This document shows positions 17,652 through 26,486 of a DNA stretch of 64,000 nucleotides, one piece after another. Each line of letters starts with the position of its first letter. Within the stretch, counting starts at the first letter, position 1. The position numbers and the translations under genes were made by a program. This DNA comes from Flavobacteriales bacterium (GTDB lineage: Bacteria; Bacteroidota; Bacteroidia; Flavobacteriales_F; PHOS-HE28), in assembly GCA_038234075.1 (NCBI GenBank), contig JBBSUV010000015.1, positions 470 to 64,469 on the forward strand, in the 5' to 3' direction. The notes beneath the pieces were generated by a model, which saw only the letters and a program-made list of their open reading frames with translations, did no database searches and was not told the origin of the DNA.

Positions 17652-19607
17652 TCACAACACCGTCACCTCCGTCCGGCGGTTCAACGCGCGGCCTTCCTCG
17701 GTATCGTTCGTCGCCATCGGCTTGACCTCCCCGTACCCCTTCGCCACGATGCGCGAAGCTTCGATACCGTGGGCGATAAGGAAGTCGCGCACGGCATTGG
17801 CGCGTTGCTCGCTCAGCTTCTGGTTCGCGGCATCGTTGCCCACATCGTCCGTATGGCCGCCGACTTCGATGCGCATCCTTGCGTTCGTCGTCATCAGCTT
17901 CATCAGCTTGTTCAATTCCACCGTGGAAGCCGGGAGCAGCTCATAACTTGCCGTCTCGAAGAAGATGTTGCGCAACTCGATCTTCTCGCCCGCAACGATG
18001 GGGTTCAGTTTCACATCGAGATCCGGTGTAGAGGTCGCATCACTTTGTGCCACACTGTAGTTCTTGGAGAAGAACAGGTAGCCCTCGGCTGAGGCGTTCA
18101 ATGCATAGTCCTTGCCGCGTGGCAGGCATACTAAGAACTCGCCGCTCACCGGATCGCTGTAGGACGCCGTAGCCAGCACCCCTGTAGCCAGATCATAAAG
18201 CTCAACATCGGCTTCCACCGGTTTGCCGTTGGTCCGGTCCGTCACCCTGCCACGGATGTAGCCGACCGCGGAAGCACGGGCCTCTTCAGGAAGAATGAAG
18301 TTGTACAGGTCCAGATCGCCCATGCCTCCTGGACGATCGCTGGCGAAGTAGGCCAACTTGCCATCGGCCCCCACCAGCACACTGTTCTCATCGCCGCCCG
18401 TGTTGATCGGATAACCAAGGTTCTGTGCCTTTCCCCAGGAGCCATCGGGCTGCATCCGGCTCACGAATATGTCCAATCCGCCCATACCTGGATGCCCGTC
18501 GCTGCTGAAGTAGAGCGTCTTGCCATCCGGATGGATCTGCACGCTTTCCTCCTGTCCCGGTGTGTTCACATTGTCGCCTAAGCGCTCCGGGTTCCCGAAG
18601 GCCCCGCCCTCACCGAGCACCGTGCGGTAGATGTCCATGCTCTTCAATCCGTCAGCGGCTTGTGATGCACGGACGAAGTAGAGTGTGCGCCCATCGCTTC
18701 CCATGCTCGGCTGGCTTTCCCAGTTACGCGTGTTCACTGGGCTTCCGAGGTTCTGCGCAGGTGTCCAATTGTCCCCTACCCGGCGGCTGATGAAAAGATC
18801 GCAGCTGCCCATGCCCTTCAGTCCCTTGCCGTAAGAGCCATCAACTCCCGCACATTTCGTGAATACGATGAAGCGTCCATCCGGTGTGAGCGTTCCCGCG
18901 CCTTCATTATCCACCGTGTTCACCGTGCTGATCGGCTGGGCTGTCCCCCATGCACCGTTCGCCCCTTTGTGGCTGACGAAGAAATCCTCCTGCTTTCCGA
19001 ACTGTGAGCGCGCATCCTGGAGCAGGCGTGTGAACATCAACGTGCTGTCATCCGCTGTGACGCAGGGGAAATACTCGGGATCCTTGCTGTTCACGCCCGG
19101 GCCCAGGTTCACCGGATCGAAGGGTACCGGGTTCTGCAGGGCCTCCACTGCGAAATCGCAGTTGGCGATCCCCAGTGATGCGCGTTGCCGACGTTGCGGA
19201 TCACTATCCAGGTCCTTGGCCATGGCGTAGTGCTTCCGCGCGCCGGCATAATCCCCAGCTGCGATCTCCAAGTCGGCCAGATGCAGCGACGCGGGCGGAA
19301 AGAAACGCGGATTGATCGCCACCACTTCGCCATACATCGCCATGGCCTCCTTCGGCATGCTGCGCTGTTCGTACATCTCACCGAGATAGATCCGCGGTTC
19401 GATGAACTTCGGATCGGCAGCCGCTGCCTTCTTTAATCCGTTCTCAGCGCAGCTCCAATCCTGAAGGCGCATGCACTCGGCACCCTTCTCATAGAGCTTG
19501 ATCGCCTTCTTATCCGTGCTGGTGTAGTTGCTCGATTGAGCTTGTGCGGTCGGCAGATGGCAGAGGCAGTAGGTAGCGCATGCGAAGGCCATGAGGACCC
19601 GATGCAT
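17652..19607 (-). CDS. OmpA family protein with TPR and PD40 propeller (PorE-like)
   Basis: N-terminal TPRs, repeats NLG.PVNT..WESQPS, TLYFSSDGHPGMGGLDIF, carboxypeptidase-regulatory-like domain, OmpA GHTDDVG...LSEQRANAV...NRRTE; start inferred. Confidence 0.9.
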   Translation of the reverse strand: MHRVLMAFACATYCLCHLPTAQAQSSNYTSTDKKAIKLYEKGAECMRLQDWSCAENGLKKAAAADPKFIEPRIYLGEMYEQRSMPKEAMAMYGEVVAINPRFFPPASLHLADLEIAAGDYAGARKHYAMAKDLDSDPQRRQRASLGIANCDFAVEALQNPVPFDPVNLGPGVNSKDPEYFPCVTADDSTLMFTRLLQDARSQFGKQEDFFVSHKGANGAWGTAQPISTVNTVDNEGAGTLTPDGRFIVFTKCAGVDGSYGKGLKGMGSCDLFISRRVGDNWTPAQNLGSPVNTRNWESQPSMGSDGRTLYFVRASQAADGLKSMDIYRTVLGEGGAFGNPERLGDNVNTPGQEESVQIHPDGKTLYFSSDGHPGMGGLDIFVSRMQPDGSWGKAQNLGYPINTGGDENSVLVGADGKLAYFASDRPGGMGDLDLYNFILPEEARASAVGYIRGRVTDRTNGKPVEADVELYDLATGVLATASYSDPVSGEFLVCLPRGKDYALNASAEGYLFFSKNYSVAQSDATSTPDLDVKLNPIVAGEKIELRNIFFETASYELLPASTVELNKLMKLMTTNARMRIEVGGHTDDVGNDAANQKLSEQRANAVRDFLIAHGIEASRIVAKGYGEVKPMATNDTEEGRALNRRTEVTVL

Positions 19608-19636
19608 CGGTGAACGGGAAACACCTGACAACTGCC

Positions 19637-20284
19637 TCATGGGATGTTCATGTACTTGTGTGTCTGCAAGGAGATCCGCCAACGCGGGTGCGCCATCACA
19701 AAGTCGGTGATCAGCGTCATCATGGACTCGCGTTTGCTCCATTCGGGTTGCAGGTATAGGGCGCAGTCGGGCCTTGTCCTGGCGGCATGTTCCTCGGCCC
19801 ATTGCAGATCATGCTTGTTGAAGACCACCACTTTCAACTCGTCGGCCAGTTCATGGAAGCCGGGCACGGGAGCCTTGAATTTTTTAGGACTGAAGCAGAT
19901 ATGATGCCAATCACCGCTGATGGGCGAAGAACCACTGGTCTCGATATGCGTGCGGAAGCCAGCTTCACGCAATGCCTCCGTCAACGGGCCGAGTTCATGC
20001 ATCAGGGGTTCGCCTCCTGTCACCACGGCGATGCGCGCCGGATGCTTCAGCGCCTCGGCCACGATGTCCGCCACGCTGTGTTTTGGATGGGCATCCATGT
20101 CCCAGCTGTCCTTCACGTCGCACCAGGTGCAGCCGACGTCGCACCCGCCCAAGCGGATGAAGTAGGCCGCCTGGCCGGTGAATGCACCTTCCCCTTGGAT
20201 GGTGTAAAAGGCTTCCATCACAGGCAGGACAGAGCCGGCCCGAACGGGATCTTGGATCGATTTCACGGGTGCAAGTTGGTTCAC
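19637..20284 (-). CDS. queE: 7-carboxy-7-deazaguanine synthase QueE
   Basis: EAFYTIQGEG, FIRLGGCDVGCTWCD, TGGEP, HIETSG, ISLQTHKY; GTG start at 20284 inferred. Confidence 0.93.
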   Translation of the reverse strand: MNQLAPVKSIQDPVRAGSVLPVMEAFYTIQGEGAFTGQAAYFIRLGGCDVGCTWCDVKDSWDMDAHPKHSVADIVAEALKHPARIAVVTGGEPLMHELGPLTEALREAGFRTHIETSGSSPISGDWHHICFSPKKFKAPVPGFHELADELKVVVFNKHDLQWAEEHAARTRPDCALYLQPEWSKRESMMTLITDFVMAHPRWRISLQTHKYMNIP

Positions 20285-20292
20285 GTCAGGAC

Positions 20293-20524
20293 AAAAAAAG
20301 CCCACACAGGACCGAGTTCAAAAAACCCATGGATCACATAGGCGGGTCGAACAGAAAGAGGTCGGTAATCCTCGATGTTCCCGAAGGAGACCACCCGAAG
20401 GTGGCGAGGCCCGCCCTTGCTCTTTGGATCTTCCGACCCTGAGGTAGAAATGTTGGTTTTGAGAACTAATGGCCTATGTGGGCTGTCTGTTGATCAGCAC
20501 ATAGCTGAGAAAGAACGTGTACGT
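20293..20524 (-). ncRNA. Structured RNA, probable 6S RNA
   Basis: Ends pair (GCCCACAUAGG 20483-20473 with CCUGUGUGGGC 20310-20300; AGUUCUCAAAACC with GGUUUUUUGAACU); unpaired central bubble; inner stem GGGUCGGA/UUCGACCC and AAAGAG/CUCUUU; two cUUCGg tetraloop hairpins; U7 tail; own promoter. Confidence 0.62.
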
Positions 20525-20528
20525 GGAA

Positions 20529-20560
20529 CGAAGGTAAGGTCTCCGGTGATGATCGCCAAA
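20529..20560 (-). promoter_or_regulatory. Sigma-70 Bacteroidota promoter for the ncRNA
   Basis: TTTG (20560-20557), 20-nt spacer, TACCTTCG (20536-20529). Confidence 0.65.
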
Positions 20561-20584
20561 CGAAAATGATCAACGATCGGATGG

Positions 20585-20708
20585 AACGCAGATAACGCTG
20601 AAAAGACTGATCCACGCAGATAGAGCTTTCAAGGCTTGGTGACGGCCGGAGCGCAGGATCCGGGCCAAGGCTCCGGACTCCGGACTCAAGACTACCGGAC
20701 TCCCGACT
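20585..20708. repeat. Two short tandem tracts: 9-mer (AACGCAGAT-type) and 7-mer (CTCCGGA-type)
   Basis: aacgcagat-aacgctgaa-aagactgat-ccacgcagat (20585-20621) and ctccgga-ctccgga-ctcaaga-ctaccgga-ctcccga (20671-20708). Confidence 0.65.
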
Positions 20709-20714
20709 GCACCC

Positions 20715-21254
20715 CTACTCTCCCTTCTGCCCCACAAAGTTGTCCTCCTTGTCATCGAAGAGGATGTTGAAGGTGGTGAGGCTGCCATAGCAGCGGGTGA
20801 TGTACTGCTGCATCTCCACCTTGTCCTGCTCGCTAAGACCGGGATGTGCATTGATCTTCTGCTCCAGTACGCGGAAGCGATCACGCATCATCACGATCTT
20901 GTGGAAGAAGTCCTCAATGGGCACTTCTTTGCTTTTGAGCGTGGGATCAGCGGAACGCATCTCGAGCGTGCCCTTCTGCCAGCGGCGCGCGAGTGCGATC
21001 GGGCGCATCAGGCTGTTATCCTCATCAAGCACTTCGCGCAGCGCGTCCTTCACGCTTTCCAGGTCCAGCTCCGGCGGCTCCACCTCCACCCCGGGTGCAA
21101 TCACCACAAGGTCCTCGAAGGAGCGCGCGATGGGCTTTTCGCCGTGCTCGCGGAAGAAGATGTGGATGGAGCTTGAGTCAATATTGTAGACCACGCCCAT
21201 GCCCAAAGAAGGATGCCTCACGCGTGCGCCTATGCCGATGTCATAAAGTTCCAT
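20715..21254 (-). CDS. Conserved hypothetical protein
   Basis: 179 aa with genome-typical codon usage; N-terminal IGARVRHPSLGMGVV SH3-like motif, C-terminal FFHKIVMMRDRFRVLEQKIN...QYITRCYGSLTTFNILF. Confidence 0.8.
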   Translation of the reverse strand: MELYDIGIGARVRHPSLGMGVVYNIDSSSIHIFFREHGEKPIARSFEDLVVIAPGVEVEPPELDLESVKDALREVLDEDNSLMRPIALARRWQKGTLEMRSADPTLKSKEVPIEDFFHKIVMMRDRFRVLEQKINAHPGLSEQDKVEMQQYITRCYGSLTTFNILFDDKEDNFVGQKGE

Positions 21255-21271
21255 GTTCGATGTGTGTTTTT

Positions 21272-22219
21272 TCAGGAAGGAAGATGCTCCGGAGCCTCCT
21301 CGGTCGTGTGTTCGCTGATCCTTTCCAGTTCAAGTTGCATGATGCCGTTCTTGGAGGAGAAGGCCTTGGTGAAGCGTCCTCCCCAGACGATCTCGTCCCA
21401 ACGGTAGGACATGCGGGTGATCACCGGTTGCATGTATACCTCGTCGAAGCCCTTGATGGTGAGGATCATCTCCGCCCGGCGCAGTTCCAGCTCCTTGTGG
21501 GACATCCCCGCCATCGGGCTTTCGGCGTTGAGCGGATGGACAACGGTCCATGTAAGCGGTAGGTAGCTGATGCCGGACATCTGCAAAGGCAGGTTGAAAT
21601 AGCTGAGACGCTCTTTACCGACCTCGCCATCCGACAAGACCAGCATCAGCTTGGCCTCCACATCGCTGAGCAAAGTGCTGCGACGGTTGGCGACGCGGAA
21701 CATGAGCGCCCAACTCTCTTGGAACGGCGACAGCAGCGCGATGTCACTATGGGCCAGTCGTGCCTTGGGCCGGGCGAAGCGCGCAAAGATCACAGCGCCG
21801 ATCAACGAGAAGCCGAGGATGCCGAAGACGCCTTCCACACCGGCGACCATCCATACGCCGGGGCTTGCCGGGTAAAGTGATCCGTACCCCACGGTCGTCA
21901 CCGTCTCCAAGCTCATCCCCACTGCGGTCATCCATTTTCCGCTGAGTGATCCGAGGTCCGCGTTGCCGATGTGCTCCACGCCCACAGCCATATAGATGCT
22001 GGCGAAGATCACGTTCAGGATAAAGTAGCCGATGAAGATCGTTAGCAGCAATCGACCCACGCCCATGGTGGTGAGTTCGGTGAAGCCGTCCAGGAAACCC
22101 ACGACGGCACTGTTGCGCTCCACTTGGAACTTGCCGTCCTTGCCCAACACGCGGTCCAACGGCTTTTCAAAGCTCGTTCCGATGCCCGGGTCCGTGGTGC
22201 GGTTCGGGTTGCTGAGGAT
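21272..22219 (-). CDS. Inward-rectifier (KirBac-like) ion channel
   Basis: Filter TTVGYGSLYP, FARFARP, FRVANRR, LTWTVVHPLNAESP; start uncertain (TTG 22159 or ATC 22219). Confidence 0.85.
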   Translation of the reverse strand: MLSNPNRTTDPGIGTSFEKPLDRVLGKDGKFQVERNSAVVGFLDGFTELTTMGVGRLLLTIFIGYFILNVIFASIYMAVGVEHIGNADLGSLSGKWMTAVGMSLETVTTVGYGSLYPASPGVWMVAGVEGVFGILGFSLIGAVIFARFARPKARLAHSDIALLSPFQESWALMFRVANRRSTLLSDVEAKLMLVLSDGEVGKERLSYFNLPLQMSGISYLPLTWTVVHPLNAESPMAGMSHKELELRRAEMILTIKGFDEVYMQPVITRMSYRWDEIVWGGRFTKAFSSKNGIMQLELERISEHTTEEAPEHLPS

Positions 22220-22279
22220 ATGGAACCTTCTGGGGATGCGGCACTGAAGTTTAAGGACGGCGAAGATGCAACGGGGCTG

Positions 22280-24007
22280 CTATTCCACCACGCGCAGCAC
22301 GGGGTATTTCCGCCAGTTCGGCTCCATCCAAGGCGATCGGCGATAGATCCAGGTAAGCTGCGCGTCGGCGTCCTTTGCGAATGCGGGATCCGCTGCGCGC
22401 TTGGACTCGAAGGCCTGTTTCATATCCACATCGTGCGCCAGCAAGCGCGCGGCCATGTCATCGAAAACGTAATCGTCGTACCACTCTTTCTGCTGGAGCA
22501 CGCCATCAAAGAAATTCCAAGCGAAGAAGCCGTCCTCGGCGTTGCATTCCAGTGCCTCCATCACGTAATGGTCCGTGGCCCGGCCCATCGGCACGAGCAG
22601 ATCGCCGGCGTGTGCGGTCATTTCCCTCCGGTGCCGGGTGGTGTTTATCTCGCGGTGCAGATAGTGCCCTTCGTAAGCCATGGGCACCGTGGTGAAGTCC
22701 CCGATGCTGTCCTGTTCCACCTGCAACACGGTATCGTTCGGAAGGACATTCATCTCCACGCCGTTCACCTTCAGCCTATCGATAGCCACCTTCCATTGCT
22801 GCGGGACCAAATAGGCCTTGGGCTTGGGCGCTGTGAAAGATGGTCGATAGGTATCGCGCCATGGAACGACCGTGTCGGTGGGCTCATTGTGATCATAACG
22901 GATGCGGGGGAGACCTGTCACAAGGCTGGTTTCCGTCTTCGCAGTGTAGCCTTTCCAAGGAATGCTGCTCACGGCGGTGGCATCCAACCGCCAGTTCAGC
23001 CCGAACGCGTTGGTGGTACGTGTCCGCTCCTTCGCGGCAGCGCGTGCCTTCTTCAATTCATCCGGGTGCTGGTCCATCACGGCCAAGGTGCCCAACAACA
23101 GCTGAAGGGTGGCATTGACGCGATCCGGGAACGGTTTCAGCATGTGGCTCTCGCTGATGATGCCGATGCGGTCGAAGAGCGCGTTGTAGCCGCTGCTGTA
23201 CCGCGGGCTGTCGTAGAAGCCGTGCAAGCCTTCCTCCGGGAACTTGCCCGTGGTCTCGAAATAGGGACACATCAGCATGCCCTTTTTATTCATCCACTCA
23301 TACTGGCCCGGCTGCAGGACCTTGGTCATGAATTCCGAGAGCGGTGGAGAAAGCTTATCCTTCTGGGTGGACAACAACGCCATGATGTACTGGTGGTCCG
23401 CACCATCGCTCACATGAGGCTCGAAGTAGATGTCCGGATCCCATGCCGTCAATGCCGTTTCCAGGGAACGCGCATTTTCGGAATCCATCTTCATGAAGTC
23501 GCGGTTGAGGTCCAGGTTCTTGGCGTTGCCGCGAAAGCCGTATTCAAGCGGTCCACTCTGGTTCACGCGGCTGTAACGCCCTCTGTTCAAGGCCCCGCTG
23601 ACGTTGTAGACCGGCACGATGCACACGGCGGTATGCGCCAGCAGACCCATCAGTTGGTCGCTATCGAGCAGCGCCTGTGCCAGCAGAAGGCTGGCATCGG
23701 TGCCATCCGGCTCACCCGGATGGATGGAGTTGGTGATCCAAAGGATGTTCTTGCCCGCCGCACGGATGCTCTCCGGCGTGAAGCCGCTGCCATCACTAAG
23801 AATGAAGAGGTGGATCGGATGGCCGTCGTCGTCCTTGCCGATGACCGTGAGCTTCGCTCCATCATACAAGGAGTCCATGCGGGCGAAACGGTCAATGGCC
23901 TGCTGCCAAGTGGCGCAGGTGTCGCCGGTGAAGCTCCACTGCGCTTCCGAGTTCGTGGTGAATGACATGGCGGTGATCAAAAGGGCAATACGGAAACAAC
24001 GGATCAT
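22280..24007 (-). CDS. M14 family zinc carboxypeptidase (secreted)
   Basis: IHPGEPDG, NLDLNRDF, HVSDGAD motifs, signal peptide. Confidence 0.88.
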   Translation of the reverse strand: MIRCFRIALLITAMSFTTNSEAQWSFTGDTCATWQQAIDRFARMDSLYDGAKLTVIGKDDDGHPIHLFILSDGSGFTPESIRAAGKNILWITNSIHPGEPDGTDASLLLAQALLDSDQLMGLLAHTAVCIVPVYNVSGALNRGRYSRVNQSGPLEYGFRGNAKNLDLNRDFMKMDSENARSLETALTAWDPDIYFEPHVSDGADHQYIMALLSTQKDKLSPPLSEFMTKVLQPGQYEWMNKKGMLMCPYFETTGKFPEEGLHGFYDSPRYSSGYNALFDRIGIISESHMLKPFPDRVNATLQLLLGTLAVMDQHPDELKKARAAAKERTRTTNAFGLNWRLDATAVSSIPWKGYTAKTETSLVTGLPRIRYDHNEPTDTVVPWRDTYRPSFTAPKPKAYLVPQQWKVAIDRLKVNGVEMNVLPNDTVLQVEQDSIGDFTTVPMAYEGHYLHREINTTRHRREMTAHAGDLLVPMGRATDHYVMEALECNAEDGFFAWNFFDGVLQQKEWYDDYVFDDMAARLLAHDVDMKQAFESKRAADPAFAKDADAQLTWIYRRSPWMEPNWRKYPVLRVVE

Positions 24008-24031
24008 GCACAAAGATCACCCTCACCTCCT

Positions 24032-24074
24032 AAAAAGTGGAAACCCCGACGCAGCAAGGAGCGTCAGGGCTTCC
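24032..24074 (-). terminator. Intrinsic terminator downstream of the small ORF
   Basis: GGAAGCCCTGACGC-loop-GCGTCGGGGTTTCC-ACTTTTT. Confidence 0.7.
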
Positions 24075-24110
24075 GAAGTGCCGGCGACCAATGTCACCGG
24101 GCCATTATGA

Positions 24111-24290
24111 TCAACAAGCTGAAGTACCTACTTCCTTCCACTCGGCACAGCCCTCTTCCGGGGCGACCGCAGGGACCGGTGCTGTCTGTTCTTCGACCTG
24201 GGGTTGAAAAACCGGCCCGATCTGTTGGGCATAAAGTTGCTCCTCGGAAGTAAGCTGGAGCAGAAGCGTGAGGGTCATGATCGGCCACAT
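24111..24290 (-). CDS. Putative small protein, 59 aa (not in ORF track)
   Basis: MWPIMTLTLLLQLTSEEQLYAQQIGPVFQPQVEEQTAPVPAVAPEEGCAEWKEVGTSAC; ATG start, TGA stop, terminator downstream, AT-rich regulatory region upstream. Confidence 0.5.
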   Translation of the reverse strand: MWPIMTLTLLLQLTSEEQLYAQQIGPVFQPQVEEQTAPVPAVAPEEGCAEWKEVGTSAC

Positions 24291-24483
24291 GGTCTAGGAT
24301 TTGAATGCCGCAAGATTGGCCATTAATGAACCATTTGTCAAGACGAATGGCTATTTTTCATCGACAAATGAAATTTTACGCAGCTAAATGCTGATCTTTC
24401 AACCTGCGTTGGGAAGATTTACCTAGAAAGAACCACTGCTACCGGAACGGGATGTGCAACTTCGTCCCTTGCCCACGATCGAC

Positions 24484-25161
24484 ATGAACATGCCCATCAC
24501 CATCCGCGCCAGATGCCTATCCGGCCTCGCTATCGCACTGCTCCTGCCCTTCTCAGTCGCCGCACAGGAATCGCGGAACGGGCCAAAAGTCGGTATTGAC
24601 ATTGGCACGCAGACCGCTGGCCAGTTCCTTGCTTGGTACGGACTTCCCAAGCTGGGCTTGATAGCAGGTTGGAGCTTTGAGGCGCCGATAACCTCACAAG
24701 TGAGCCTATTGATCGAACCCATGTACATCGGCAAGGGAAGCGTAAGCGCGAACCCCGTGTTGAAGACACGCGGCTCCGTTGCCTTGAATTACTTGGAACT
24801 GCCGCTGATGCTGAAGGTGAGCACCAACCCGGATCCTCAGGGGCTTTTCATCAGTGGCGGCCTTATGTATGGATACTTCTTGTTCGGGAAGGTCCGGAAT
24901 TATCAGGATGGGAACTTGGTGAGTGCCTACGATTATTCGCCCAGCAACAATACCAATCGGAGCCAATTCAGCGCGGCATTGGGCATCGGTCATGAGATGG
25001 GGCATTGGATGTGGGAACTGCGCGGACAGAGCAGTCTGAATACATTCGATGCGTACGTGAGATCACACAATGTGGTCTTCTCCCTGCAGGTGGCTTGGCG
25101 CTTTTCCACCAATGCGGATAGGGAGAAGAAGCAGAGGGCTAAAGAAGAGACCCAGGACTGA
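24484..25161 (+). CDS. Outer-membrane beta-barrel protein (PorT/porin-like)
   Basis: Signal peptide, GPKVG..., IEPMYIGKGS, LNYLELPLMLK, alternating beta strands. Confidence 0.8.
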   Translation: MNMPITIRARCLSGLAIALLLPFSVAAQESRNGPKVGIDIGTQTAGQFLAWYGLPKLGLIAGWSFEAPITSQVSLLIEPMYIGKGSVSANPVLKTRGSVALNYLELPLMLKVSTNPDPQGLFISGGLMYGYFLFGKVRNYQDGNLVSAYDYSPSNNTNRSQFSAALGIGHEMGHWMWELRGQSSLNTFDAYVRSHNVVFSLQVAWRFSTNADREKKQRAKEETQD

Positions 25162-25238
25162 AGCGATCTAGTGTTCCCCGCATGCTCGTCTTCGCAGGGT
25201 TCTCGTTGGGTGAGCCGACGGTGACCATTAATAGAACG

Positions 25239-25273
25239 ACCACCCCCTGCCCTCCTTGAACAAAGGAGGGGAG
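25239..25273. repeat. REP-like hairpin
   Basis: ACCACCCCCTG-CCCTCCTT-GAACA-AAGGAGGG-GAG between convergent genes, no U tract. Confidence 0.55.
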
Positions 25274-25283
25274 AACACTCTCT

Positions 25284-26453
25284 CTACAGCCCGTTATCCC
25301 GGAAGAAATCCAGGTTCTGGAGCTTCACCAAGTGTACATTGGTGAAGTAGTGGTGCAGGATGTCCGTATAGCTGAAGCCGTCCCGGGCCATGCTCATCGC
25401 CCCTTCCTGGCAAAGCCCTACGCCATGGCCGAAGCCACGTCCTTCGAGCACCACCATGTCCCCTTCAGGACGGATGCTGAAGTAGGCGGACCTCAGGTCA
25501 AACTCCTTCCGTAATTGGGCAAGCGGTATCTCCGGGCTGATGTTGGAGAGGTAGAGCTCGCGGCATTCGGGAACGTGGTCCGTCACACTGGCCACCACAT
25601 TGCTGTCATCGGTGTTCACGCCGTAGGTCTTCCGCAGGTAACTGAGCCATTTGGCGCGGGGGATGCTCTTTTCCCACGAGGCGTGCGGTGCATGCAGGCA
25701 GAAGGTGTCCATGGTGCTGACGAGGTAGGGCTCGCTCTTGCTCCAGACGTCCTCCGCGTTCATCGTCTCGCCTCCGCAGTTGCTGTGGAAGGTGGCGTGG
25801 ATCAGGTGAATGTCGGAATCCACCACCACCAGGTCACGCGTCAATGCCACGGCCTGCGTGATGCTGTCCTGCCTGCTCCTTCCTTGAAAGACCTGGCAAT
25901 GCGTGCCGTCGCAGACCTCGAAGCCTTCGCCTGCATGCCTGCGCTTATTGGCCAAGGCATAGGTGCGGCAGCTCACCGCCTGCAACTTGTAGTATTCCAT
26001 GTCGTGGCCCTTGCCGGCCTCGGCCTGCACCACCCCGGCCACATATTCTTCAATGGGCACCGTGGCCACGAGCAGGAAGCGCCCTCCTGCCCTTTTGATC
26101 TCCAGACTTCCGGGATAGGGCCTTTCCGCGGACTTCGGGGACATGTTCCGCAATCGGAAGCCTCTGCCTGAGGGCGAACGGAAGATGAGGCTCTTCTTCG
26201 CCGTAAGATCCAACACCAAGGACTTGGCATGGATACCGTTCTCGCCGGAGCGGATCATCAGCCCGTCCGAGGAGGACAGCTCACCCACCTGCTTGCCATC
26301 GGCCCAGATCGTCAATGGCCCTTTGTCGCCCATCACCATCACCGAGGCTGTGGGCGCATCCTGGAACAATCCGACTCGTACATCGGCATATTGTTGCGCG
26401 ACCAGCGGTGCGGAGAGCAGCAATGCCGCCAAGCCGAAAAAGATCCTGTTCAT
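25284..26453 (-). CDS. SpoIID/LytB domain lytic transglycosylase
   Basis: IEEYVAGVVQAE, QAVSCRTYA, CDGTHCQVFQG, FHSNCGGET, GRGFGHGVGLCQEGA. Confidence 0.92.
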   Translation of the reverse strand: MNRIFFGLAALLLSAPLVAQQYADVRVGLFQDAPTASVMVMGDKGPLTIWADGKQVGELSSSDGLMIRSGENGIHAKSLVLDLTAKKSLIFRSPSGRGFRLRNMSPKSAERPYPGSLEIKRAGGRFLLVATVPIEEYVAGVVQAEAGKGHDMEYYKLQAVSCRTYALANKRRHAGEGFEVCDGTHCQVFQGRSRQDSITQAVALTRDLVVVDSDIHLIHATFHSNCGGETMNAEDVWSKSEPYLVSTMDTFCLHAPHASWEKSIPRAKWLSYLRKTYGVNTDDSNVVASVTDHVPECRELYLSNISPEIPLAQLRKEFDLRSAYFSIRPEGDMVVLEGRGFGHGVGLCQEGAMSMARDGFSYTDILHHYFTNVHLVKLQNLDFFRDNGL

Positions 26454-26486
26454 TCAGCCGCGAAGCTACCCGGCCCTTATGCGGGG

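Noticed and set aside
20285-20530. preQ1 riboswitch upstream of queE
   Set aside because: No preQ1-I/II consensus is visible; the structure is a much longer end-to-end rod.
22124-23965. Long antisense ORFs (also 693-1628, 26661-28388, 40169-41872, 48696-50288, 50691-52343, 61749-63521)
   Set aside because: Shadow frames opposite well-recognised genes, expected from high-GC codon bias; no recognisable motifs.
21272-24007. Stop-codon read-through fusing the M14 peptidase to the ion channel (same frame)
   Set aside because: One-in-three chance coincidence; a promoter-like CATCTTCG lies between the genes and the fusion topology is implausible.
24094-24288. ORF-track 64-aa ORF (MADHDPH...)
   Set aside because: GTG start and Arg/Gly/Pro-rich off-frame composition; the overlapping ATG frame 24290-24111 is more protein-like.
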